DNA of 64,000 bases from Gammaproteobacteria bacterium (GCA_965277715.1 OZ255836.1:3936001-4000000); one strand, 5' to 3'. Shown: positions 38,585 through 48,577, counted from the first letter of the stretch. The notes: generated by a model not told the origin, from the letters alone. Numbers and translations: made by a program.

Positions 38585-40816
38585 ATGGCAGCAGAAAAAA
38601 CAACTGGTGCGTATATTTGCAGTGGCTGCGGATTGGGTGATCGGCTCGATACCGCGCAACTGGAAACCGTTGCCACCCGTGAAGGTAAAGTCAATTACGT
38701 AAAACACCACGACTTCCTGTGTAACGCCGAGGGCGTTTCGATGATCCGCGACGATATTGAAGCGGGCACCAGCCACGTCGTCATCGCCGCCTGCTCGCGC
38801 CGCGCCAAGACCGATGCGTTTAACTTCGATAACGTGGCCATGTCGCGCGCCAATCTGCGTGAGGGCGTCATCTGGATTCGCCCGGACGATGAGGCCTCGC
38901 GAGAGACCACCCAGGATATGGCCAGCGACTACCTGCGCATGGCCTGTTTTGAAAACAAATTTATGCAACGGCCAACGCCTTCCGGTGAACAATCGCTGGA
39001 TAAAAATATCTTGGTCGTCGGCGGTGGTGTGTCGGGAATGACCGCTGCGCTGGAATCAGCGCGTGCCGGTTATGCGGTAACACTGGTTGAAAAGTCGGGC
39101 AGGCTCGGCGGTATTGCCGCCCAGCTGTACCGGCAAATGCCCGCAACCGCGCCCTATATCGACCCCCAGGTCACCGATATCGATGCGCTGCGCGCCGATA
39201 TTGAAAGCCATGCCAGTATCAGTGTTCACCTGAATTCGATTGTGGCTAAAACAGCGGGTGCGCCGGGCCGTTTTCAAGTCGATATCGCCACCGAGAGCGG
39301 CAGCCAGTCACACACCGCCGTAGGTGCTATTGTACAGACCAGCGGCTTCAAACCCTACGATGCTAACCAACTGCCGGAATTTGCCTACGGCCAAAGCCCG
39401 GATGTGGTTACCCAGCTCGAACTGGAAGCCCTGGCAAAAGCCACTGACGGGCAAATGCTGCGACCCTCTGATGGCAAACCGATTAACAGTGTGGTGTTTG
39501 TCCAGTGCGCCGGGCAGCGTAGCGACAAAGCCAATCACCTCGCCTACTGCTCTGGTTTTTGTTGTGGTACCTCGATTAAGCAGGCAATGTACTTCAAAGA
39601 CAACAACCCGCAGATCGACACCACGATTTGCTACACCGATTTGCGTACCCCCGGCGCCGGAGGCGAGGATTTTTACCGTAGCGGTCAGCAAAAAGGCATT
39701 ATCTTTAGTAAAGCGGTCGTCAACGAAGTCGTCCCCGGTGAGAACAACCTGGCGGTACGGGTGCACGATCTCATCCTCGCGCAAGACGATGTGATCGATG
39801 CCGATTTAGTCGTGCTCGCCACCGGCATGGTCGCCAACTCCGGTCCCGATCCCTACGCCGTACCGGCGACCGACAAGGGCGATGAAGGCAGCGCCACTGA
39901 AGTGAAAATCCCCGTCGAGTCAATCCTCAACCTCGACTACCGCCAGGGTACAGACCTGCCACAACTCGCGCATGGTTTTAACGATTCACACTTTATCTGC
40001 TTTCCCTATGAAACCCGCCGCACCGGCATCTACGCCGCTGGCCCCGTGCGCCGCCCAATGGATATAGCGCAAACCAAAGACGACGCCACAGGCGCCGCAA
40101 TGAAGGCGATTATCGAAGTTGAAAACGCCGGTAAAGGCATGGCCGCGCACCCGCGCTCGGGTGATTTGAGCTTCCCCACATTCCGCGCTGAAGGGTGTAC
40201 CCAGTGCAAACGCTGTACCGTCGAATGCCCGTTTGGGGCGATCAATGAAGACGAAAAGCGCTACCCGGTATTTAACGAATCGCGCTGTCGTCGTTGTGGC
40301 ACGTGCATGGGGGCCTGCCCGGTGCGGGTTATCTCATTTGAAAACTACTCAATCGATACGGTTGGCCAGCAAATCAAAAATATTGATATGCCGGATGAGT
40401 TTGAAGAAAAACCGCGTGTGTTGGTATTGGCCTGCGAAAATGATGCCTACCCGGCGTTGGATATGGCCGCACAAAATCGCATCCACTACAGCCCGTATGC
40501 CCGTGTGGTGCCAGTGCGCTGTCTTGGCTCGGTGTCCATGAGCTGGATAACCGATGCGCTCAATACCGGCTACGATGGTATCGTCATGATGGGCTGCCAG
40601 AAAGGCGCCAACTACCAGTGCCACTTTGTGCGCGGCTCTGAAATGGCCCACGAACGGCTCGGCAAAGTCAGCGATACGCTTGAATCCCTGAGCCTGGAAG
40701 CCGAGCGCGTGGCTGTGCACGAGGTGGCGATTACCGATATTGCCCGTGCGCCCAAATTGATTGACGATATGTTGGACGTCGTCGAAAAAGTGGGCATGAG
40801 CCCGTTTAAATTTTAA
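38585..40816 (+). CDS. qmoB: QmoB (HdrA-like FAD domain + ferredoxin + MvhD domain)
   Basis: YICSGC, FICFPYETRRTGIY, CTQCKRCTVECPFG, CRRCGTCMGACP, ACENDAYPA and VRCLG; ends SPFKF. Confidence 0.9.
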   Translation: MAAEKTTGAYICSGCGLGDRLDTAQLETVATREGKVNYVKHHDFLCNAEGVSMIRDDIEAGTSHVVIAACSRRAKTDAFNFDNVAMSRANLREGVIWIRPDDEASRETTQDMASDYLRMACFENKFMQRPTPSGEQSLDKNILVVGGGVSGMTAALESARAGYAVTLVEKSGRLGGIAAQLYRQMPATAPYIDPQVTDIDALRADIESHASISVHLNSIVAKTAGAPGRFQVDIATESGSQSHTAVGAIVQTSGFKPYDANQLPEFAYGQSPDVVTQLELEALAKATDGQMLRPSDGKPINSVVFVQCAGQRSDKANHLAYCSGFCCGTSIKQAMYFKDNNPQIDTTICYTDLRTPGAGGEDFYRSGQQKGIIFSKAVVNEVVPGENNLAVRVHDLILAQDDVIDADLVVLATGMVANSGPDPYAVPATDKGDEGSATEVKIPVESILNLDYRQGTDLPQLAHGFNDSHFICFPYETRRTGIYAAGPVRRPMDIAQTKDDATGAAMKAIIEVENAGKGMAAHPRSGDLSFPTFRAEGCTQCKRCTVECPFGAINEDEKRYPVFNESRCRRCGTCMGACPVRVISFENYSIDTVGQQIKNIDMPDEFEEKPRVLVLACENDAYPALDMAAQNRIHYSPYARVVPVRCLGSVSMSWITDALNTGYDGIVMMGCQKGANYQCHFVRGSEMAHERLGKVSDTLESLSLEAERVAVHEVAITDIARAPKLIDDMLDVVEKVGMSPFKF

Positions 40817-40833
40817 AGAGAGGGTGTCGGAAT

Positions 40834-41463
40834 ATGAGTAGCGAAAATACCGCTCACTACCGCAACAACTTTCTGCGCGAAGTGGAAATGAACGTTGAGG
40901 AAGGCCACTGGGTAAAGATGTGTATGCAGTGTGGCGTTTGTTCTGGCTCCTGCCCCCTGGGCACGCACTGGGAACACCCACCACAGAAAATTTTCCAGAT
41001 GATCCGTGCAGGGCAGCGCGAGGCCGTGCTCACCTCTGACTCCATGTGGATGTGTACCTCCTGCTACAACTGCATGGCGCGCTGCCCACGTAAACTGCCC
41101 ATCACCCACATCATGCACGGCCTGGCGCACTACGCAAAGCGCCTTGGCCTGTCACCCAAATACCAACCCACCGAACGTTTCTCACAAATGTTTTGGGATA
41201 ACCTCATGCAAACCGGGCGCGTCAACGAACTGCGCCTAGGGGTTCGCCTGTACTTTATTAACGGCTTTGTCGAAGGCATTAAAACGGCGTTAAAAATGCT
41301 GCCAATTGGCCTGGGGATGATGCGCACCAGGCGGGCCAACCCATTAGAACTGCTCAGTGGTCACGGCGTTAAAGATGTGAAAGGTTTTCACGCCATAATG
41401 AAAAAAGCCCAGGAACTGGAAGCGGCGCGTATCGCCGCGAACACAGAAAAACTAGCGAGTTAA
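40834..41463 (+). CDS. hdrC: HdrC-like iron-sulfur subunit
   Basis: CMQCGVCSGSCP and WMCTSCYNCMARCP. Confidence 0.88.
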   Translation: MSSENTAHYRNNFLREVEMNVEEGHWVKMCMQCGVCSGSCPLGTHWEHPPQKIFQMIRAGQREAVLTSDSMWMCTSCYNCMARCPRKLPITHIMHGLAHYAKRLGLSPKYQPTERFSQMFWDNLMQTGRVNELRLGVRLYFINGFVEGIKTALKMLPIGLGMMRTRRANPLELLSGHGVKDVKGFHAIMKKAQELEAARIAANTEKLAS

Positions 41464-41471
41464 GTCACACC

Positions 41472-42374
41472 ATGGCAACCAAAGAATATTCATTTTACCC
41501 CGGCTGTTCATCACAGCGTGGCGCCTCGTCATCGAACTACCTGAAATCGGTTGAAACGATGTGTGAAGACCTGGATATTAAACTCAACACGATCCCCGAC
41601 TGGAACTGCTGCTCGGCGTCAATCGGTTACAGTGGCGGGGGGGAGCTGCCCCGCCTGGCGTTGTCTGCGCGCAATATCGCGCTCTCTGAACAACACAATC
41701 CCGGTCAGGAAATTGTCGCCTCCTGCGCCGCCTGCTGGTTGTCGACGCGTGAAACCGCCGAGCGCCTGCGTGACAACGATGACCTGATGGCGGAAACCAA
41801 TCAGGCACTGGCCGAGGCGGGTTTGAAGCTGAAGAACGAAACCCCCATCAAGCATATGGTGGAGGTGATGATCGAAGATTTTGGCTACGAAAAACTGGCT
41901 GAAAAGGTTAAGAAACCGCTCGAAGGTTTAAAGGTTGCCGGTTATGTAGGGTGCCAGACAAACCGGCCTTTTGGGATTGAGGGTGAATCTTTTGAGAACC
42001 CCAAATACCTCGATAAACTGGTGGAGACAATGGGGGGAGAGGCGGTTGACGATTACGAGAAGAAAGTCTCGTGTTGTGGTGGGGCTTTGGCCTTTTCTGA
42101 GCCGGAGAAGAGTCAGGCCTTGATTAAGGATATTATCGAATCGGCTTACGATCATGGGGCGGATATTATTACTACCCCGTGTCCGGTGTGTCAGATGAAT
42201 GTTGAGGTATACCAGGATCAAATCAATGCCAAGTATGGGACTAAGTTTAATATGCCGGTGACGTATTACAGTACGTTGATGAATGTTGCCTATGGGCATG
42301 ATGCCAAGGAATCTGCTTTGGATGGGCAGATTATCCCTGCCAAGAAACTGGAGGAGATTGCTGCCAGGCGTTAG
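41472..42374 (+). CDS. hdrB: HdrB-like CCG-domain subunit
   Basis: YPGCS, WNCCS, CAAC, YVGC, SCCGG and PCPVC. Confidence 0.88.
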   Translation: MATKEYSFYPGCSSQRGASSSNYLKSVETMCEDLDIKLNTIPDWNCCSASIGYSGGGELPRLALSARNIALSEQHNPGQEIVASCAACWLSTRETAERLRDNDDLMAETNQALAEAGLKLKNETPIKHMVEVMIEDFGYEKLAEKVKKPLEGLKVAGYVGCQTNRPFGIEGESFENPKYLDKLVETMGGEAVDDYEKKVSCCGGALAFSEPEKSQALIKDIIESAYDHGADIITTPCPVCQMNVEVYQDQINAKYGTKFNMPVTYYSTLMNVAYGHDAKESALDGQIIPAKKLEEIAARR

Positions 42375-42480
42375 TTCAGCTAACCAGACCCGTATATCAT
42401 CTTGACTGTCCTGGGCTTCTTTAAGACTGAAGATAAGTGCGGTACAAGGCCGTAAGAATACCTTGCTAATCAAGAGAGGT

Positions 42481-42632
42481 GTCGGCAACTGCTCCTGCGT
42501 TGCTCTATCTTCTGTGTCCCTACAGTCGTCGGCAACTGCTCCTGCGTTGCTCTATCTTCTGTGTCCCTACAGTCGTCGGCAACTGCTCCTGCGTTGCTCT
42601 AGCTCCTGTATCCATACAGTCGTCGGCAACTG
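42481..42632. repeat. 47-bp tandem repeat, three units plus a partial fourth
   Basis: GTCGGCAACTGCTCCTGCGTTGCTCTATCTTCTGTGTCCCTACAGTC at 42481, 42528 and 42575 (diverged), partial at 42622. Confidence 0.9.
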
Positions 42633-42754
42633 TTTCTGTGGAAAATAAGATATAAATCCCGTGCGCAGTTGTCCTTCTCTTACTAACGCAAGTGGCACTA
42701 TCTGCATGGTTTGAGTAGCTGGTACATATTTGACCCATCGCGTACTATCGCACT

Positions 42755-43672
42755 ATGCAAATCGCCAACCCAATCTACGATGTCGTCTTCAAATACCTGA
42801 TGGCCGACGAGCGCGCCGCCAAGCTGATTATTGGTGAAATCATCGGTATGGACGTCATCGACATCGCCCTGCAACCGCAAGAGCGCCTGGCCAACCTGCC
42901 TGAAAAAAACCTCACTGTCTACCGACTCGATTTTTCCGCCAGGATTAAAACCCGCGATGGGCAGTTCAAACAAGTCATTATTGAAATCCAGAAAGCCAAA
43001 TACACCAGCGATATTATGCGTTTCCGGCGCTACCTGGGGCAGCAGTACAGCGATGAAAAAAACGTCCACGAGACTGTTTCGGCCACGGGGCACAGTACAT
43101 ATCAGGCGCTACCAATTATTACCATCTACTTTTTGGGCCATACGCTCAACCACTGCACAGCATCCGTTATCAAAGTAGGCCGAATCTATACCGATGCGAT
43201 TACCGGCGAAACACTGGTCGACAAAGAAACCTTTATCGAAAGCCTGACCCACGACAGCTATGTGGTACAAATTCCCTACCTGAAAGCCCAACGCCGCAAC
43301 GACCTGGAGAAACTACTGGAAATATTCGACCAGGACCTACAGGTGGAGAACAGGCACAGACTGTCGATTGATGAGACGCTGTTTCCAAAGAAATACCACG
43401 TATTGATCAGGCGTTTGCAGGCGGCGATTAGTGAGCCAGAGGTTATCGACACCATGCAGATTGAAGACGAGATACTGCTGGAACTGCAAAACAAGGAACG
43501 CGAGATCGAGGCAAAAGAACAACTGGTTGAAGAACAAAGCAAAGCGCTTGAGGAAAAAGACCAGATTGTCAGGGAACAAGGGCAAGCACTTGAGAAAAAA
43601 GATCAGATACTCAAAGATAAAGACAAATTAATCGATGAACTAAAAAGCCAACTCAAGCGATTATCTGAGTAG
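42755..43672 (+). CDS. Second-lineage Rpn-like PD-(D/E)XK nuclease with heptad coiled-coil tail
   Basis: NPIYDVVFKYLM, RLDF...IIEIQK and RFRRYLG; tail with ALEEKDQ/ALEKKDQ/ILKDKDK heptads. Confidence 0.75.
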   Translation: MQIANPIYDVVFKYLMADERAAKLIIGEIIGMDVIDIALQPQERLANLPEKNLTVYRLDFSARIKTRDGQFKQVIIEIQKAKYTSDIMRFRRYLGQQYSDEKNVHETVSATGHSTYQALPIITIYFLGHTLNHCTASVIKVGRIYTDAITGETLVDKETFIESLTHDSYVVQIPYLKAQRRNDLEKLLEIFDQDLQVENRHRLSIDETLFPKKYHVLIRRLQAAISEPEVIDTMQIEDEILLELQNKEREIEAKEQLVEEQSKALEEKDQIVREQGQALEKKDQILKDKDKLIDELKSQLKRLSE

Positions 43673-43921
43673 GTTGCAAAAAATTGCTAATGGGTCAAAC
43701 CTCAATTTTGGCATGCGTATCGACACCGAATTCAACGTTAGTTAATCAGCAACCCAATTACAGTACTCTGCATAATTTCAAGTTTTGAGTCGATCTGGCA
43801 GGTCATAGGGGTGAGGGAATACAGAAAAAGACCACTTTGGCCCACTCTCTGTTTTCCCACCTAACCCATAAATCTGTGGCGGCGCCTGTACACCGCCACA
43901 GGCCATTCGGGATTTAAATTA

Positions 43922-45289
43922 TTAGCTTCCCAGTACCTCAATGATGGCTTCGTTGGTGATTTCAACGATGCTGTCGAGCGTCGCTTCGTCGGTGGTCAGC
44001 GGTGGCGCTATGCAAATCACTTCGCTGCGTACACGGGTGTAAAGGTTGCGGGCCATTAATGCTTTGGTGAGTTTGCCGCCAAGGTTGAATTCGGGTTCAA
44101 ACCAGGATTTGTCGGCTTTGTCTTTGACCACTTCAACACCCATCATTAAGCCCAGGCCGCGCACATTGCCCACGTGTGGGTGGCTGTCCAGCGTTGAATG
44201 CAGGTTTTCCAGCATACGTTTGCCTTTGTCCGCCGCCTGGCCGGGCAGGTCTTCCCGCTCAATAATGTCGAGTGTCGCCAGGCCCACGGCACACATTGTC
44301 GGGTGGCCGCTGTAGGTGTAGGCGTGCATCCACGGCTTGCCACTGTTGTTGAGGGTGTCGGCGATTTCATCGCTGATGCCAATGCCGCCGAGTGGTACGG
44401 CGCCAGAGGTGATTGATTTGGCAAATTGCACTAAATCGGGCTGTACGCCGTAGTGTTCCAGGCCAAACATTTTTCCGGTGCGACCAAACCCGGTGATGAC
44501 TTCATCGGCGACTAGCAGTACGTCGTATTTGTCGCAGATTTCACGGATGCGTGGAAAGTAGTCGTCCTGTGCGACGATGACGCCGCCCGCCCCCTGTACA
44601 GGCTCGGCGATGAACATGGCCACGGTTTCCGGGCCTTCGGCGAGGATGGCTTTTTCCAGTTCGTTCGCCGCTGCAATACCCTGTGAGGAGCCGTCTTCTG
44701 GCATCGGGTAGTGGTAGGGGTCGGGTGATGGGATGTGGCTAAAGCCGGGAATGCGGGGTTCAAACATGGGCCAGTAACCGCTGATGCCGGTTGCGCACAT
44801 GGCGGCGAAGGTCACGCCGTGGTAGCCCCAGATGCGAGAGATGACTTTGGTTTTTTCCGGTTTGCCTTTCAGTTTCCAGTAAGAGCGCGCCAGTTTGAAG
44901 TTGCTGTCGGTACTCTCGCCGCCACCGGAGGTGAAGTAGAAGTTGTTGATCTGTGGGTAGCAGATACCGGCCAGGCGTTCGGCCAGCTCAATCGCGGGCC
45001 GGTTGGTGCCGCCCGCGTAGCTTGAGCAAAATGCCATTTCGTTCATTTGTTTGGCGGCGGCATCGGCCAGTTCTTTGCGGCCATGTCCTGCGCTGACGTT
45101 CCATAAGCACGATAGGCCATCGATAAATTTGTTGCCATCGGCGTCGATGAGGTGAGAACCCTCACCGCGTACCCAGACGCGGCCATTGGTATGGCCCGCC
45201 GGGCTGTGCAGGGGGTGGATCATGTGTTTGTGGTCTTTTTCCAGCAGTGCCGCGTTTTCAGATACGGCTTCGCTTGCAGATGCGCTCAT
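43922..45289 (-). CDS. Class III PLP aminotransferase (omega-amine type)
   Basis: YHGVT, FIAEPVQGAGG, ADEVITGFGRTG, FAKSITSG and HAYTYSGHP. Confidence 0.93.
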   Translation of the reverse strand: MSASASEAVSENAALLEKDHKHMIHPLHSPAGHTNGRVWVRGEGSHLIDADGNKFIDGLSCLWNVSAGHGRKELADAAAKQMNEMAFCSSYAGGTNRPAIELAERLAGICYPQINNFYFTSGGGESTDSNFKLARSYWKLKGKPEKTKVISRIWGYHGVTFAAMCATGISGYWPMFEPRIPGFSHIPSPDPYHYPMPEDGSSQGIAAANELEKAILAEGPETVAMFIAEPVQGAGGVIVAQDDYFPRIREICDKYDVLLVADEVITGFGRTGKMFGLEHYGVQPDLVQFAKSITSGAVPLGGIGISDEIADTLNNSGKPWMHAYTYSGHPTMCAVGLATLDIIEREDLPGQAADKGKRMLENLHSTLDSHPHVGNVRGLGLMMGVEVVKDKADKSWFEPEFNLGGKLTKALMARNLYTRVRSEVICIAPPLTTDEATLDSIVEITNEAIIEVLGS

Positions 45290-45555
45290 TGGCAACCTCC
45301 GAGTGTAAAGTGTCTAGGTTATACCCCTGGCAGAGGGATACCATCGAAGGTTCAAATGTGCCAGAAGGAGGGGCATTATCGCTGTGTGGCAGCGGTTTTC
45401 GCAAGCGCCAGTTTATGTGGGGTTATGGGGTGGGTTGGCCCAAATAGTGGTGGGTATATTTGATTGTTTTCGCCGTTATTTGGCGGTTGTCTTTTTCCGC
45501 TGTTTCTGTGGAAAGTGGATTGATGCTAATTGCTGGTAGTACGAGTAGGTTTTTG

Positions 45556-46977
45556 TTATTGACGCCATCCCCGTGCCATGTCGATGGCGCGTTTAAATTG
45601 CTTGTGGTATTTCCCAAAATCGCCATCGGGTTGATACGCTATTTCTGGCTGGTTATGCGGCTGTAGTGAAATTTTATCGGCACCGGCCAGTTGTGCAGTG
45701 CCTATCGCGGTGAGTTCTGCCATGGGTTTTACGCGCACAGTGCGGGATAACACATTGGCGAGAAACTGACAGAAGTAAGGGTTGACCGAGACACCGCCGT
45801 CAATGGAAATGCTGTCCGCTACGCGGGTGAAGGTGCTCATCGCGTCGATGACTTCGCCCGCCCGGAATGCCACGCCTTCGAGGATCGATTGCATAAGGTC
45901 CTGCTTTGTCGTCTCTAATGACAACCCTGCCCATATCCCCGCTGCCCGCCTGTCCCAATGCGGGCAGGCGAGTCCCGCCAACGCAGGGACAAACACGAGG
46001 TCTCGTTCAATTGCGGCGGGATGCTGGAATTGGTTGATTTGTGCGTAGTCGTCGAATAAGCCCATTTTCCGCCCCCATTCAACCGCTGACCCAGCACAGT
46101 AAACACCGCCATCAAGCGCATAAACTGGCGGGCTTTTGCTGTGTTGCCAGGCAATCGTGGGCAGTAGTCCCTGTTCCGGGGAGCGCTGTACGTCGCTACC
46201 GGTGATGCTTAATGCAAAGGCACCAGTGCCAAAGGTGATTTTGGCGTCTCCTTTATTGCGGCAGCCATGCCCATAAAGTGATGCCTGTTGATCGACGACG
46301 CTGGCCGTTACGGGAATACTGCGCCCCTGCGATGTTATCGTTGCCAGCGCGCCAGTGGTGGGTACTATTTCCGGTAGTGCGGCTAAAGGTACGTGAAATA
46401 GTGCGCAGAGTTCCCGGTCCCAGTGGCCGGTTTGCAGGTTCATCAATGCGGTTCTCGATGCGGTGGTGATATCGGTGATAAATTTCCCGGCCAATCGATC
46501 CATGAAAAAGGCGTCGGTGGTGCCCAGGCGCAATTTGCCCTGGTGCAATAGGGTTTTTGCCCCGGGTATGTGCGTGACTATCCAGGCTAACTTGCTCGCC
46601 GAAAAATATGGGTCGAGTGGCAATCCTGACAATTCCAGTACCCGCGCCTCGTGACCCGCTTTCCTGAGTTGTTCAATGTTTGATTGTGTTCGGTTATCCT
46701 GCCAAACGATGACCGGGCTAATGGCCTGTTTGGTCTCGGCGTGCCAGGCCAGACAGCTCTCACCCTGGTTATCGATACCCATCGCATCGACGGGCGGGCT
46801 TGTCGATAGGCAGGTTTCAATACTGGCAATCAATTCGTCTGGATCGTGTTCTACCCAACCCGGCTGCGGGTAGAATTGTCGATGCTTAACCACCTGGGTG
46901 ATGGTGACCCGGCCATCGTCGCCAACGCACAGTGCGCGGGTACTGGTGGTGCCCTGGTCTATTGCAAGAATTGGCAT
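45556..46977 (-). CDS. FGGY-family kinase, glycerol kinase-like
   Basis: AIDQGTTSTR, VWQDNRT, YFSASK, TTASRT, DQQASLYG and KITFGTG. Confidence 0.85.
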   Translation of the reverse strand: MPILAIDQGTTSTRALCVGDDGRVTITQVVKHRQFYPQPGWVEHDPDELIASIETCLSTSPPVDAMGIDNQGESCLAWHAETKQAISPVIVWQDNRTQSNIEQLRKAGHEARVLELSGLPLDPYFSASKLAWIVTHIPGAKTLLHQGKLRLGTTDAFFMDRLAGKFITDITTASRTALMNLQTGHWDRELCALFHVPLAALPEIVPTTGALATITSQGRSIPVTASVVDQQASLYGHGCRNKGDAKITFGTGAFALSITGSDVQRSPEQGLLPTIAWQHSKSPPVYALDGGVYCAGSAVEWGRKMGLFDDYAQINQFQHPAAIERDLVFVPALAGLACPHWDRRAAGIWAGLSLETTKQDLMQSILEGVAFRAGEVIDAMSTFTRVADSISIDGGVSVNPYFCQFLANVLSRTVRVKPMAELTAIGTAQLAGADKISLQPHNQPEIAYQPDGDFGKYHKQFKRAIDMARGWRQ

Positions 46978-47023
46978 GGTGACTCCATACGAGCGCCTAA
47001 ACCCGACAGGCTCCAGGCGCCGT

Positions 47024-47926
47024 TTAGTGATTGAATAACGTTCTGCGTACTGATTCGGTAATCGCCACTACGGCGGGGTGTTTGAGTTTGCGCTCGGTCG
47101 ATATGGCAAAGTAGGCTTCTTCGACTCCTTCAGCCGATCCAAGCCGCCGGGCGTGGTACATCAATGACACCTCATCAGTGATCACCGTTGGCGCTGGAAA
47201 CACACCAATCCCGGCCTGACCACAGGCTTTTAATAATGCGCTATCGTCAAATTCGGCAATAACACGAGGCACAATGCCCATTTGATCGAACCAGCTATCA
47301 AGGCTGTGCCGCAGTGCATTTTGAGGGGAGGGCAGTAACATGGGGGCCTGATCCAATGAGTGCGGAAAATGTTTACTGTAACGACGGGCAATGCGCGTAT
47401 GGGCAAAAAAACTGATAGCGCTCGAACCCAGCCGGTGGTTATACGCTTTAACGTGTGTGCCCGGTGGTATTGATCGATCTGAGATAATCAGGTCGAGTCG
47501 ATGAACTGCCAGGTCTGCCAGCAATGACGCTAAATCATTTTCGCTACAAACAATCCGCAGCGTCTCTTTCAATGAGAAGACCGGCTCGATCACGCGTAGC
47601 GCGATTATTTTTGCAATCGGATTGACAATCCCAACACGAAAGCTATCCACCATTAGTGTCTGTTTGCTCTTGACCCGTTGCGCTAGTTCACTGCCAAGAT
47701 TAAAAATTTCCTCGGCATAGTGATTGACAACGTGCCCCGTCTCTGTGAGCGCCAGGCCACGACCCATGCGATTAAACAACGGCTCGCCAATGGTGTGTTC
47801 AAGCAGTTTCAACTGACCGCTGATGGTTTGTGGTGTCAGGTGAAGTACCTCTGCCGCTTTCTTCACGCTCCCCTCGCGTGCCACCGTGCAAAAATACATC
47901 AGGTGAGTGTAATTAAGGTGTCGCAT
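47024..47926 (-). CDS. nhaR: LysR-family Na+-responsive activator NhaR
   Basis: LNYTHLMYF, LTPQTISGQ, EFDDSALLKA and ERKLKHPAV; divergent from the nhaA locus. Confidence 0.9.
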   Translation of the reverse strand: MRHLNYTHLMYFCTVAREGSVKKAAEVLHLTPQTISGQLKLLEHTIGEPLFNRMGRGLALTETGHVVNHYAEEIFNLGSELAQRVKSKQTLMVDSFRVGIVNPIAKIIALRVIEPVFSLKETLRIVCSENDLASLLADLAVHRLDLIISDRSIPPGTHVKAYNHRLGSSAISFFAHTRIARRYSKHFPHSLDQAPMLLPSPQNALRHSLDSWFDQMGIVPRVIAEFDDSALLKACGQAGIGVFPAPTVITDEVSLMYHARRLGSAEGVEEAYFAISTERKLKHPAVVAITESVRRTLFNH

Positions 47927-48136
47927 CTTTAGTATCGACGATTAAGTAATTTATTGGTGTACAGATAATTGATGTACTCTAGGGGAATGGGGTTAAGCGC
48001 CGAGGGCAATCGCAACCTTCTGGCCGTAAAGTAGCGTGCAGTGGTGAATGTAGTCATAGCAATCCCGGTATTGAATGATGGCAGTGTTTTTCACTCTTTT
48101 GAATGAGTATGAAAATCGATGTTTATCGATACTCAC

Positions 48137-48173
48137 TTCGAAAATATCGAATAGTAACATCGAAAACTACGTG
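48137..48173. promoter_or_regulatory. Putative NhaR (LysR T-N11-A) binding sites
   Basis: Dyad TTCGA-AAATA-TCGAA at 48137-48151, plus a weaker ATCGAAAACTACG 22 bp downstream, between nhaR and the next gene. Confidence 0.6.
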
Positions 48174-48241
48174 CCTTCGAGTCTTTTGACCGCTGTATAT
48201 TGGCAGCGTATTCAGTTTCTACTCACGACACGGTATTGCCA

Positions 48242-48577
48242 ATGGTTTCACGTATTCTAAAGCGAGTGCTATCGATTACGGTAGCGTTTATAGTATTTGG
48301 CTTTATCGATAATTTTTTTATGGTGATTTTTGGTAATCAGATCGATATAGCATTTATTACTATGGGGGTAACCAATACGATGCTGGCGGCTGGGTTGGGC
48401 AATACGCTGTCGGACGCTATTGGTATTTTATCTGGTCGCTGGGTGGAAAAACTGGTACACCTGAAGTTGCCGGTTCCCGACGATGGTTTGTTATCAAAAA
48501 ATCAAATTATTGCCGCAGAAACTTTTGGGATAATTGTCGGTTGTCTGATCGGTCTCTTTCCGTTGTTTATTTTATAA
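48242..48577 (+). CDS. TMEM65-family small membrane protein
   Basis: FGFIDN..M..G..ID, TMLAAGLGNTLSD and C-terminal GCLIGLFPL match the TMEM65 signatures as I recall them (FGFLDN, TMAAAALGNLVSD, GCILGMFPL). Confidence 0.8.
   Translation: MVSRILKRVLSITVAFIVFGFIDNFFMVIFGNQIDIAFITMGVTNTMLAAGLGNTLSDAIGILSGRWVEKLVHLKLPVPDDGLLSKNQIIAAETFGIIVGCLIGLFPLFIL

Noticed and set aside
37253-42488. Long antisense ORFs over qmo/hdr (for example 37253-38353, 366 aa) and other overlapping ORFs in the track
   Set aside because: Shadow frames of well-conserved genes with no recognisable motifs.
42481-42632. Possible CRISPR array
   Set aside because: Units are contiguous and near-identical with no unique spacers, and no cas genes are present.
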